Assembly: GCA_020353515.1 (NCBI GenBank) | Contig: CP070695.1 | Span: forward strand, 2,706,155 to 2,770,154 | Direction of reading: 5' to 3' | DNA length: 64,000 bases | Origin: Candidatus Heimdallarchaeota archaeon | Lineage (GTDB): Archaea; Asgardarchaeota; Heimdallarchaeia; Hodarchaeales; Hodarchaeaceae | In this document: one piece after another, positions 1 through 9,373 of the stretch | Position numbering within the stretch: the first letter of the stretch is position 1 | Layout: every line of letters begins with the position of its first letter | Made by a program: the position numbers and the translations under genes | The notes under the pieces: generated by a model | What the model was told of the DNA's origin: nothing | Databases searched by the model: none | Seen by the model: the letters and a program-made list of their open reading frames with translations, nothing else

Positions 1-10
1 TCCCCGTTCT

Positions 11-832
11 TTATTCATTCTTTTTGGCCTCTAATTGACTTTCTTTTAGCTTTATTGCTTCTTCTAGGGAAATTTCACCTGATGCAACGGTTTGTGCTAA
101 TTCTGCATCTAAAGTAATTCGATTATTTGAAAGATTACGACTCCATTTTTGAATTTCCTTAATTCGACCTTGAGGTATTGAATTTCTTACCAGGTGATTT
201 TTCAATTTTCCTGGCCTATGAGCAATAGTAATTGCAGCTGTTTCATCTGAACCAAATGGGGTAGTTGGTGCTATTTTTCTAAGACTTGAATAAGCTTCTT
301 GCACTATCTCAAGTTTAATGTTGTTAATATTTCCAAAAACGGTAAAAAGCTTATTAAAGACAACATTTGATATAGAAGTGGGTTGGTCTCCGACGCGAAT
401 AACTACTCTTTCACTGGGAAAGAGAACTATATACTCTTCTATCTTTCTAGCCAATTGGATTAATCTACTAGTTTCCGCAGCTAAAGTCATTCCATCACAA
501 ATGGCTGCTAATCCTATCTGTTTACCAGGGTCAACACCTACAATTAATAATTTAAATTTTGGTTCTTTCTTTCGGGCAATAATCCCAATAATTTTTATAA
601 CAAGAGATGGGTGAATCTGATCGAAAGGAAGGTAGAAAAATTGAGAATCATCTATGTGATTCATCGTTTCGCTAGGTGAAATGATTAAATCGAACTTTTG
701 AGTAGGAATTGGCTGATTTTGTGCATAAAATTTTACTTTGAGAGGGGAGCCTTCGAAAATTTTTGATAGCTTGTGATAATATCGCATATCATCTGTTTGA
801 ACGGCAATTCGATAGTTTACTGGCAAATCCAA
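11..832 (-). CDS. RNase H-fold (YqgF/RuvC-like) conserved archaeal protein
   Basis: 273-aa ORF with LIVGVDPGxxxGLA strand motif, VIRVGD, E and DETAA acidic residues typical of YqgF/RuvC-like folds; TTG start uncertain. Confidence 0.55.
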   Translation of the reverse strand: MDLPVNYRIAVQTDDMRYYHKLSKIFEGSPLKVKFYAQNQPIPTQKFDLIISPSETMNHIDDSQFFYLPFDQIHPSLVIKIIGIIARKKEPKFKLLIVGVDPGKQIGLAAICDGMTLAAETSRLIQLARKIEEYIVLFPSERVVIRVGDQPTSISNVVFNKLFTVFGNINNIKLEIVQEAYSSLRKIAPTTPFGSDETAAITIAHRPGKLKNHLVRNSIPQGRIKEIQKWSRNLSNNRITLDAELAQTVASGEISLEEAIKLKESQLEAKKNE

Positions 833-927
833 CCCAAATTTCAGTGAAATGATTTATAGATCCCTTTTTCACATGAGTATAATATAGATCTTTTAATGAT
901 TAATATCAAAGGATAGAAGCCCAAACA

Positions 928-1536
928 ATGGATAATCCATTACTTTCTCTTCTCCAAGGTCAGAATATCGCTGTTCAGCTATATGGTCTTCCTGGAACAT
1001 ATAAAACAGCTTTTCTACTTCAGATTATCTATAAAAGTTTAAAGGAAGGATCTAATCCGATTTATTTAATTGATACCAGTGGAAATTTCCCAATTGTACG
1101 ACTTAAGCCGATAAAACATTTATTACAAAATATAATTGTTTTTCAACCGAAAACAATTGAAGAAGAAGCGTTGTTACTTGATGATCTTAGTATTCAGCTT
1201 TCCCAAGACACAATTCTATTGCTTGATGATGTATTTAGACACACGAATCTTGAAAATAAGACCAATCTTCATCTCAATTCGTATATTTTAGCTCAAATTA
1301 AAGCAATTTCAAGAAAAGTAAAATTTCCTGTTATTCTTACTAATCAAGCACGTAGCTTTGATAACGCAATTCATCCATTCCTTCAAAATCTCACTCTCTA
1401 CTACTTAGATTGGCATTTCTTGTTTGAAAAATCACCAGATCCTAATCAAATTCGTGTAACGTTTTTTGATCAAGATCGTTTTATTTCCCAAAGAGAACAT
1501 AAAATCAGTTCTGCAGGATTCTTGTGTGACATCTGA
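928..1536 (+). CDS. radB: RadB-like RecA-family ATPase
   Basis: Short 202-aa RecA core: LYGLPGTYKT Walker A, YLIDT, LLLDD Walker B, VILTNQ; no N-terminal HhH domain. Confidence 0.7.
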   Translation: MDNPLLSLLQGQNIAVQLYGLPGTYKTAFLLQIIYKSLKEGSNPIYLIDTSGNFPIVRLKPIKHLLQNIIVFQPKTIEEEALLLDDLSIQLSQDTILLLDDVFRHTNLENKTNLHLNSYILAQIKAISRKVKFPVILTNQARSFDNAIHPFLQNLTLYYLDWHFLFEKSPDPNQIRVTFFDQDRFISQREHKISSAGFLCDI

Positions 1537-1554
1537 TTGGTTACTAAACGGTCT

Positions 1555-3333
1555 TCAAATCCTACGCACTTGTTTTAAAAATTCATGATAGGATAATTTG
1601 AAATAGATAGGGCGGCCGTGAGCACAAACACTAGAATCCTCAGCTTGAAGAAGTTCTTGAAGAAGATTCTTTGTTTGTTGAAATGATAACGTGTCTCCCG
1701 CACGATAGGATCCATGACAGGCTATTAAGTTTAAGATCGTTTTGATTTGCTCTTCAATAGCCGTTTTCGGGAGAGAATCAATTAATGATACCAAGAAATC
1801 TTTCAAATCGGATTTTATAAGAATACTTGGAATAGCGTAAACCTCAATCTCTTGTTTTTTCCCTTTAGGACTCCTAAAATCAAATCCCATAGCACTTAGA
1901 TAAGGAAGTGAGTCCATCAAAAGAATCTTTTGTTCTGGAGTAATAGAAAATCTGAAAGGTTTGAGAAAAGTTTGTGAACTCACTTTCCTTGTTTTGTACA
2001 TTTTTGTTAACTTTTCCAGATTTACTCGTTCATGTGCTGCATGAAAATCAAGAACAATAAGATCGTGGTTTGATGTATCCTCGAGAAGGAGGAATTCTTT
2101 TCCAAGAGGACCTCGATATATTAGATTAGATCCAAGAAAACTAATCATCTCTGGTCTTTCGTTAATGACCTCAAATTGGTCCTGGAGATGATTTGATAAT
2201 TCTAGGGGTTTGACTTCAGGTTGTAAATTTATTACCTGTTGTTTAATAGTTTTTTTCATGTCTGATTTTTCAAAAATTAAATTTGATTGTCTTTTTCTTT
2301 TAACGTGGGATGTCAGATGAGGGACAACAGCTTTTGTTTTGAGGCAATGATTTACAGTTGAAGTTATAGCTGTAGTCAGATCTTTTTCGTTATAGAAAAG
2401 GACTTCTCGTTTTTGAGGATGAATGTTTACATCGAAAAATATAGGATCAAGTTCAAGGAATAAAAATCCCGCAGGAAACTCTCGCTTCATTAGGTAAGAC
2501 CCATATCCCTCTTCTAAGGCTGTTTGTAGAATCTTGGAGAATATACGACGTCCATTAATGTAAAAATATTGATACTTCCTATTTCGTCTATGTTGGCCTT
2601 GCTTACTAAGATATCCATGAATTAATATGTCTTTACGTTGTATAATCCCAATGTCTATAAGGGATCCAGCTAAATCTTGACCAAGGGTTTCTTTGATCGC
2701 AGAAAGATGATTATCACTCTTTACAGTTTGAAATTCAATTTTTCCATCAATGACATATGTAAAGGAAATAATAGGATGACCTATAGCATATTGTGTAACC
2801 GTTTCATAGATATAAGATTGCTCAATAGAGGCTTTTTTCAGGAATTTTCGCCGCACGATGAAATTAAAAAATAGATCTTGAACTCGGACACGAGTTCCTG
2901 GAGAAGCCATTACTTCCTCTGAAATCTGAGGTTGATCCATGTCATTTTCAACGGAAATACGGGTAGCTAGCTCATTTTCAGCTGTTCTACTAACAATGGA
3001 GAATCTAGAGACTGACGCTATTGAATATAATGCTTCTCCCCGAAAACCCATGGTAGAAATCGATTCCAAATCCTTTTCGGAGCTAATTTTACTTGTAGCA
3101 TGCCGTTTTATAGTCAAGGGAATATCTTCTGGAAGGATTCCTGTCCCATTGTCTATTATCTCTATTAAATCCTTCCCACCGTTCTTAATTTCAATTCTAA
3201 TATCAGTAGCAGAGGCATCTATTGCATTTTCGATTAATTCCTTGACAACACTCGCAGGACGCTCAATAACCTCACCAGCAGCGATTTTGGAGACACAAAC
3301 TGGATCCAACATCTGAATTTTGGACACCATCAT
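1555..3333 (-). CDS. mutL: DNA mismatch repair endonuclease MutL
   Basis: IAAGEVIERPASVVKELIENAIDA, GFRGEAL, DVNIHP; C-terminal DFHAAHERVNLE, ACH and CAHGRP endonuclease motifs. Confidence 0.97.
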   Translation of the reverse strand: MMVSKIQMLDPVCVSKIAAGEVIERPASVVKELIENAIDASATDIRIEIKNGGKDLIEIIDNGTGILPEDIPLTIKRHATSKISSEKDLESISTMGFRGEALYSIASVSRFSIVSRTAENELATRISVENDMDQPQISEEVMASPGTRVRVQDLFFNFIVRRKFLKKASIEQSYIYETVTQYAIGHPIISFTYVIDGKIEFQTVKSDNHLSAIKETLGQDLAGSLIDIGIIQRKDILIHGYLSKQGQHRRNRKYQYFYINGRRIFSKILQTALEEGYGSYLMKREFPAGFLFLELDPIFFDVNIHPQKREVLFYNEKDLTTAITSTVNHCLKTKAVVPHLTSHVKRKRQSNLIFEKSDMKKTIKQQVINLQPEVKPLELSNHLQDQFEVINERPEMISFLGSNLIYRGPLGKEFLLLEDTSNHDLIVLDFHAAHERVNLEKLTKMYKTRKVSSQTFLKPFRFSITPEQKILLMDSLPYLSAMGFDFRSPKGKKQEIEVYAIPSILIKSDLKDFLVSLIDSLPKTAIEEQIKTILNLIACHGSYRAGDTLSFQQTKNLLQELLQAEDSSVCAHGRPIYFKLSYHEFLKQVRRI

Positions 3334-6074
3334 TTCTCCTCTATTTTCTTCTCTAATTCTCGCATATCGTTGACAATATCATCTAACTGCTGGAGTGCTT
3401 CTATTGGTGTTTTATAATTGATATCAATATCTGTGTAATTTTTTAAGAATGCTAGAATCTCAAATTTTAGATTTTTCACCTCTTCTTCAAATCGTTGTTG
3501 ATCAACGTTTTTTGAGAGAGCCTCAGCTAGAGACAATTGTCTAGGCTGAGTCCCTATTTTTTCTTTATGTTGAGGTGTTGTTGGAGAGTCAGATGTTGCT
3601 TCCAGCTCCAATAATTTCTTTTGAGCTTGAAGGATGACTTGTTTGGGAATTCCAGCCATTTTAGCTACGCTAATCCCAAATGAATGGTCAGTTGACCCCT
3701 CTTTAATTTTGTAAAGTAACACTAGCTTCCCATTTCGCACTTTAGCTGTTTGGTGATAATTTTTAACAACTGAATATTGATTTTCTAATTCGCTCAATTG
3801 GTGATAATGTGTGGCAAAAAGTGTCTTACTCTTCTTCTCTTTTGCAATATACTCTGCGATAGCCCATGCTAAGGATAAACCATCAAAAGTACTAGTTCCA
3901 CGTCCTACTTCGTCTAGAATTATCAAAGAATTTGGAGTAGAATTGTGAAGTATATGAGCAGTCTCAAGCATTTCAAGCATAAAAGTCGATTGTCCGAACG
4001 CGAGTCTATCGAACGCACCGACACGGGTGAAAATTTTATCTGTTATACCTAGCTGACAATTTTTTGCAGGCACCCATGACCCAGTTTGAGCCATTAACAC
4101 AATGAGAGCTGCTTGTCTGATAAAAACTGATTTTCCTGACATGTTGGGACCAGTTATGATATGAAGATCTCCATTCTTTAAGGAAATACTGTTAGGAACG
4201 AATCCTGTCTCTTTCTGCAGTTTTTCTACGACAGGATGACGACCATCAATGATAGAAATGATTGGTTCATTAATGAATTGAGGTTTACAGAAGTCATTTT
4301 TCATTGCTGTAAAGGTAAAACAAACCAATACATCTAATTCAGCGATTAATTCGGAATAGCTACGAATAATCCCTACTTTCTGAGAGATTTTTTCACGAAT
4401 TTCACAAAATAGTTGATATTCTAGCTCCTTAATTTTCTCATCAGCATTCAGGATTTTTTCTTCGATATTCTTTAGTTCAGGGGTAATAAAGCGTTCTGCA
4501 TTGACCAATGTTTGTCGTCTTACATATTCATGTGGAACAGCCTCTTCACCTGCGTCACGTAGCTGAGCCTTTGTAACTTCGATGTAATATCCATGAATTG
4601 AATTATATCCTAATTTAATGTTGAATGATGTCCTCTCTTGCTCCCGCTGTTCAATTTCATTCAATATTGAATCTTGATTTTTCTTTAATTCAAGCAACTG
4701 GAGTAAATCATCATTATAACTTGGTTTAATGATTTCCCCATCTCGGATTGATACTGGTGGAGATTCATGTATTCCGCTATCTATCAAACTGATAACATGT
4801 TTAAGATCTGAAACGTCAAAATTTAAGATTTTTTTGCAGATAGGACTAGTTAACTCACTTTTTTTGAAAAAAGCTAAGATTTCTAAACAAAAATTTAATG
4901 AATTTCTTAGAGAGATTAAATCTCTTGCATTTACTGAACGATACTTTATTTTAGCAACTAGCCTTTGAAAATCAGCAACATTGGAAAGTAAGTCACTAAT
5001 TTCTTCTATCAGGGCTAAATCCTGTTGAAAATCTTCTATTGCATTCAATCGGGCATTAATTTCGTTAGGATCGCGTAAAGGTTGCAATAACCACCTTCGA
5101 ATTAATCTAGCACCCATACTAGTATTGATATCAGTAAAAATGGATAATAAACTGCCTTCGATCTTTCCATCAAAAGCATTACTATTAATTTCAAGATTTC
5201 TTTGAGTATTAGAATCGAGTATTAAATGATTTCGATTATCTAGAGTTCGTAAAAACGATATATTACTTGGATAATCTTTTTTAAGCATTTTTAGATAGGA
5301 AATGATTGCCCCAGCGGCTTGTATTCCCTCAACCATAGAATCACAACCATAACCTGCCAGGGATCGAACTTCAAAATGATTCAGTAAGGTTTGAGCTGCC
5401 GTATCAAAATTGAAAAGAGTTTCATTTACAGGGTACACTACAGTCTGGGAGGTGGAGGTTATCATTTTTTCTATAGTATTTTGGAGTTTTCCTTTTTGTT
5501 GAATATCAGGAAAAATCACTTCTCGAGGATTAAAACGAGAGAATTCGTCCTGAAAATTATCAACAACATTTTCATTAAATTCTGTTACTAAAAACTCTCC
5601 AGTGGAGATATCAATAAACGATAAACCTATCGTTTGCTTTTTTTCATTAACCGTGAAACTTAAAAGAAAATTGTTTGTGTCTTTATCTAGTATCGATGTT
5701 TCAAAAACTGTTCCTGGTGTTACAACGCGTGTAACTCCTCTTTTTACAATTTTCCCTGACGGAACATCCTTAGCATCTTCTAATTGGTCTACAATCGCGA
5801 CTTTATAACCCTGATCTATCATTTTTTTTAAGTACGTATCTATTGCTTTGACAGGAACCCCTGCTAGAGGAATTCTCTCTCCACCTGCTCCCATTCCTCT
5901 TGAGGTCAGGGTAATATCGAGTGCTTTAGAGGCTATTTTTGCATCATCATTAAATGTTTCGTAAAAATCCCCTAACTGGAAAAACACAATAGTGTCTTCA
6001 TGATCCTTCTTAATACGATAATACTGTGCCATAGCTTTTGTTACTTTGCCTGATTTTCCACTCATTAGGGCCAT
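3330..6074 (-). CDS. mutS: DNA mismatch repair protein MutS (MutS1 type)
   Basis: GDFYETF mismatch-binding motif, ITGPNMSGKS, STFMLEM, DEVGRGT, FATHYHQL; 4-nt overlap with mutL. Confidence 0.97.
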   Translation of the reverse strand: MALMSGKSGKVTKAMAQYYRIKKDHEDTIVFFQLGDFYETFNDDAKIASKALDITLTSRGMGAGGERIPLAGVPVKAIDTYLKKMIDQGYKVAIVDQLEDAKDVPSGKIVKRGVTRVVTPGTVFETSILDKDTNNFLLSFTVNEKKQTIGLSFIDISTGEFLVTEFNENVVDNFQDEFSRFNPREVIFPDIQQKGKLQNTIEKMITSTSQTVVYPVNETLFNFDTAAQTLLNHFEVRSLAGYGCDSMVEGIQAAGAIISYLKMLKKDYPSNISFLRTLDNRNHLILDSNTQRNLEINSNAFDGKIEGSLLSIFTDINTSMGARLIRRWLLQPLRDPNEINARLNAIEDFQQDLALIEEISDLLSNVADFQRLVAKIKYRSVNARDLISLRNSLNFCLEILAFFKKSELTSPICKKILNFDVSDLKHVISLIDSGIHESPPVSIRDGEIIKPSYNDDLLQLLELKKNQDSILNEIEQREQERTSFNIKLGYNSIHGYYIEVTKAQLRDAGEEAVPHEYVRRQTLVNAERFITPELKNIEEKILNADEKIKELEYQLFCEIREKISQKVGIIRSYSELIAELDVLVCFTFTAMKNDFCKPQFINEPIISIIDGRHPVVEKLQKETGFVPNSISLKNGDLHIITGPNMSGKSVFIRQAALIVLMAQTGSWVPAKNCQLGITDKIFTRVGAFDRLAFGQSTFMLEMLETAHILHNSTPNSLIILDEVGRGTSTFDGLSLAWAIAEYIAKEKKSKTLFATHYHQLSELENQYSVVKNYHQTAKVRNGKLVLLYKIKEGSTDHSFGISVAKMAGIPKQVILQAQKKLLELEATSDSPTTPQHKEKIGTQPRQLSLAEALSKNVDQQRFEEEVKNLKFEILAFLKNYTDIDINYKTPIEALQQLDDIVNDMRELEKKIEEK

Positions 6075-6292
6075 TTCTCGTATTTCTTTAACTACAAGAG
6101 AAAAATTATAATCATATTTATTAAATCTTCCTCAGATTAGCAAAATCACTTAAAAACATCGATGTTCATCATTTAATAATTAGGTCAGGGTAATAAAAAT
6201 GATTCATTAGAATAAAATCAAAAGATGAATCATTCATCTTCCTTTAAAACACCTAGAAAAAAAAAGTAAGCAACATATTATTGTAGCGAATT

Positions 6293-6377
6293 GCGGGGGT
6301 CTCCCAGCCAGGTCAAAGGAGCTAGGTTCAGGTCCTAGTCGCATAGGCGTTCGTGGGTTCAAATCCCACCCCCCGCA
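6293..6377 (+). tRNA. tRNA-Leu(CAG)
   Basis: Acceptor GCGGGGG/CCCCCGC, anticodon arm CTAGG-TT CAG GT-CCTAG, long variable arm, GTGGG-TTCAAAT-CCCAC; no intron, no encoded CCA. Confidence 0.95.
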
Positions 6378-6397
6378 TGATTATTGGTTGTATGAAA

Positions 6398-6534
6398 GCC
6401 GAGGTAGCCAAGCTCGGATTAAGGCGCTAGACTCGAGTTACTATTTCATCATCCGAGATATCTAGTGTGCTTTGCACGCGTGGGTTCAAACATCACAGAA
6501 GTGAGTTCTCTGATTGGAAGTCCCACCCTCGGCG
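6398..6534 (+). tRNA. tRNA-Ser(CGA) with two introns (37/38: 6438-6459; 59/60: 6491-6520)
   Basis: Acceptor GCCGAGG/CCTCGGC; removing 22 nt gives CTAGA-CT CGA GA-TCTAG; removing 30 nt gives GTGGG-TTCAAAT-CCCAC; both junctions fold as BHB-type motifs. Confidence 0.9.
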
Positions 6535-6933
6535 TTCCTCACAGTATCATTATCAAACTTAAGGACATCTTGCCATTTCTATTTCTCCCTCTAACATGGG
6601 TGGGTGGCATTCATTGTTGGGGCTTTCTTCACAAACAAAGAATGAGTGGATTGAAGCAGAACTTTTTTCAATTCCCTTATTATCCCTATTTTTTTCTTTT
6701 TTATTTGATCACTTCAGAGATGATTCTAGTAATTTTCAAGATATCGGTAATTGTATCACAAAATAATTAAGTTAAAAGCAGAGTAGGCGTACCTTTGCAG
6801 GGTTACTAAAATAGCTCACAAGTATACCCACTCTCATCCAGAAAACAATTTGGAAATACTAGAACATCTATTTGGATTAAAGACCCTTATTAGGATGCCA
6901 AAGTACTTTTCAATAATACCTAGGTGACAATTA

Positions 6934-7803
6934 GTGGACATTGAAAATGCAATAGCAGAAATTCAAGAAAAATTTGGTGTCGTGGGACGAGACGCGTCAC
7001 TTCGTAAACTCATCCTGGGAAAGCAGGCCAGTAAGCATATCATCATTGAAGGACCAGTGGGTGTCGGAAAAACAACACTAGCTCATGCCGTTGCCGCATA
7101 CTTCGACCAGGGGTTTATACGGATTGATGGTGATGAACGCTATACTGAAAGCAAATTAGTTGGTCATTTTGAACCTCCTTTAGTAGTAGAAAAAGGTTGG
7201 ATTTGGGATGCTTTTGTTCCAGGTCCATTGACGTTAGCAATGAAAAATGGATCGATATTATTCATTAATGAAGCTAATCGATTAATAGAGGGAACTCAAA
7301 ACGTTTTACTGCCTTCTATGGATGAAGGATTACTTATTTTACCCAAACTTGGGGTTATTAAAGCTGCAGATGGTTTTCTCGTTGTTGCAACACAGAATCC
7401 AGAGTCATATATTGGTACCACAGTCCTTTCAGAAGCACTTAAAGATCGATTCGTCTGGATTAAACTAGAACATCAAGGATTCGAGGAGGAGGTCGATATT
7501 GTTGAGCAGAAAGCGGATATTGGACCAGAAGATCGGTTGATTTCTGAGACTGCTACAAAAATTACAAGAGCAACACGCAAACATCCCGATATTCGTCGTG
7601 GGTCATCAATTCGTGGAGCAATTGATCTTGCGAAAATTTTACACCTTGTAAAAAGCTTAAATCTAGAAACAGTTTCTGAAATGTCTATAATGACTCTTGC
7701 CACTAAAATTGAACTGGAAGATGGAGTCGAAAGACCAATCGAAGATGTCATACATGAAATTGTTGAAGCCATTCTTTCAGGGGACGAAGACCGTTTTTTA
7801 TAG
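6934..7803 (+). CDS. MoxR-family AAA+ ATPase
   Basis: EGPVGVGKT Walker A, LFINEANR Walker B variant, VVATQNP sensor I, LSEALKDRF Arg finger, GSSIR; GTG start with AGGTGA SD. Confidence 0.9.
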   Translation: MDIENAIAEIQEKFGVVGRDASLRKLILGKQASKHIIIEGPVGVGKTTLAHAVAAYFDQGFIRIDGDERYTESKLVGHFEPPLVVEKGWIWDAFVPGPLTLAMKNGSILFINEANRLIEGTQNVLLPSMDEGLLILPKLGVIKAADGFLVVATQNPESYIGTTVLSEALKDRFVWIKLEHQGFEEEVDIVEQKADIGPEDRLISETATKITRATRKHPDIRRGSSIRGAIDLAKILHLVKSLNLETVSEMSIMTLATKIELEDGVERPIEDVIHEIVEAILSGDEDRFL

Positions 7804-7828
7804 ATAAATCCCGAGAGTTTGCTCGGGA
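7794..7828 (+). other. Putative -1 programmed ribosomal frameshift signal (slippery heptamer plus hairpin)
   Basis: T TTT TTA (7794-7800) in phase just before the TAG of the AAA ORF; 8-nt spacer; stem TCCCGAG/CTCGGGA (7809-7815/7822-7828); the -1 frame is the vWA frame. Confidence 0.75.
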
Positions 7829-7859
7829 GTACAACAAGAACATTCGTCTGTTCGGCAGA

Positions 7860-8870
7860 TTGAAACTGGAAGATCTCGCAGAAGCAGCTATTGCTGCAGG
7901 AGATACACTTCCAAAGCTGGATAAATTAGACTTAGCAAGCATAGAGCGGTTAACTGAATCAGCGATTGAACATGAGAATCTTCCTGCCTTAATGTCTTTA
8001 GCTAAAATTAACAAATATGCTGTTTCCAACACATTAAATACTGATAGAATAGTTTCTTTAGGTCGAGTGGCTGGATCTGGGGGGGTTTATACACCTCGGC
8101 TTTATTTTGTTATGAGAGGTGTCCTTGATATCAAACGGAGAGCAATCCTGAAACGTTTAACTCGTACATCAATCTTGAAATTATCTCTCAGAATTGCTTC
8201 CGAAGGATTACGAGGAGATTTACCTGTCCGAGGAGAATACCAACCTGAAAGTGATTTTGATTTAGACGCGACGATGGACCAGTTATTAGAGAGGTATCCG
8301 ACAGGTATTCCAACCTTGAAGAGAAGTGATATCATTGGGATCGAGAGACGAGAACGGAAAAAAAATGGGGTACTCATCCTAGATGCTAGTGGTTCGATGA
8401 TGGGGGAACGGAATATTAACGCGGCGTTATCTGCCGCGGTAATGGCCTATTCAATGCGACACGATAAATTTGGAGTCATTGCATTCAATACTAAGGCATT
8501 TTTGATCAAAGGAATCAAAGATGAGCTCACTATCCAAGATATCATGGATAGAATACTCGATTTAGAAGCAGTAGGATACACCAACATTGAAGATGCCCTA
8601 AGAGAAGGGGCATTACAATTGAAGGGGCTAAAAACACGATTTAAATGGGCAATTTTGTTAACAGATGGCGCTTATAATAAGGGAGATGACCCACGCTACC
8701 TTTGCAAGAAGTTTGAGAAATTACACGTGCTGAATTTACCAGGAGGTAAAAAATGGGGAGAACGTGTCTGTAAAGACTTAGCTCGCCTTGGTGGTGGGCG
8801 CTATGTGGTCGTTAGAAGTTATCATGAAGTTCCCAGAGCCCTTATGAAGATTCTCAGGGCTCCTTGGTAG
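7860..8870 (+). CDS. vWA (MIDAS) domain protein, MoxR partner; probably expressed as the C-terminal part of a frameshift fusion
   Basis: LILDASGSM (DxSxS), GYTN, LLTDG; only a TTG at 7860 without an obvious SD; frame is open from 7767. Confidence 0.88.
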   Translation: MKLEDLAEAAIAAGDTLPKLDKLDLASIERLTESAIEHENLPALMSLAKINKYAVSNTLNTDRIVSLGRVAGSGGVYTPRLYFVMRGVLDIKRRAILKRLTRTSILKLSLRIASEGLRGDLPVRGEYQPESDFDLDATMDQLLERYPTGIPTLKRSDIIGIERRERKKNGVLILDASGSMMGERNINAALSAAVMAYSMRHDKFGVIAFNTKAFLIKGIKDELTIQDIMDRILDLEAVGYTNIEDALREGALQLKGLKTRFKWAILLTDGAYNKGDDPRYLCKKFEKLHVLNLPGGKKWGERVCKDLARLGGGRYVVVRSYHEVPRALMKILRAPW

Positions 8871-9361
8871 AAATTAAATCTTCGTTTTCCACTGAAAGTA
8901 TATTGGGATTATTTGTGAATATCGGGATAGAGAAAGCTGGAGTTCAAGCATGGTTTGTTTATCGACGTATAGATAGAATAATTCTCTATTCTCGTATTTA
9001 TTCTGCGCTAGCAGGCGACATAACACCAGAAAAAGCTGTTGCTTTCAGCGAAATTTCAACAACACTTCTTCATCAGATAAAAAGTCATTATCCTTGGATA
9101 CAGGCTGAAAAATTGCATAATATCGAACTTGACACCCATGAAATCCGAACTCTTTACGGAAAATTCGTTATGCTGGTTCTCATCGCACGACGGGGAAAAT
9201 CGGTTAAAAAAGTCTATCAGTTACACGAAAAAATGCTTTCAATTATAGAAACAGATGCGGAAGGACGTTTGGCTTCTCAAGTTCATGAACCAGAAATTCT
9301 CAGCGATATTTGGGTAAAATGCGAAGAATTATTACGTCCTTACATCATTCATTTATTCTAG
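8864..9361 (+). CDS. Hypothetical protein, longin/roadblock-like fold
   Basis: 165 aa, overlaps the vWA stop; beta-beta-alpha-beta-beta-beta-alpha-alpha pattern (IILYSRIY...IELD..EIRTLYGKFVMLVLI...LSIIE) resembling Asgard longin domains. Confidence 0.5.
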   Translation: MVEIKSSFSTESILGLFVNIGIEKAGVQAWFVYRRIDRIILYSRIYSALAGDITPEKAVAFSEISTTLLHQIKSHYPWIQAEKLHNIELDTHEIRTLYGKFVMLVLIARRGKSVKKVYQLHEKMLSIIETDAEGRLASQVHEPEILSDIWVKCEELLRPYIIHLF

Positions 9362-9373
9362 AATATGAAAATC

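Noticed and set aside
6132-6172. Minus-strand ATGATGA...CTGA upstream of mutS
   Set aside because: Only 41 nt, no credible D'/C' boxes or target; likely chance in AT-rich DNA
6465-6770. 101-aa ORF in the track
   Set aside because: Starts inside tRNA-Ser; low-complexity translation; spurious
6780-6840. SECIS interpretation of the hairpin
   Set aside because: No AUGA/GA quartet pairing and no in-frame UGA selenoprotein candidate nearby
8825-8870. Second -1 frameshift from vWA into the longin-like ORF
   Set aside because: The frames are in a -1 relationship but there is no slippery heptamer or hairpin; an overlapping TTG start explains it
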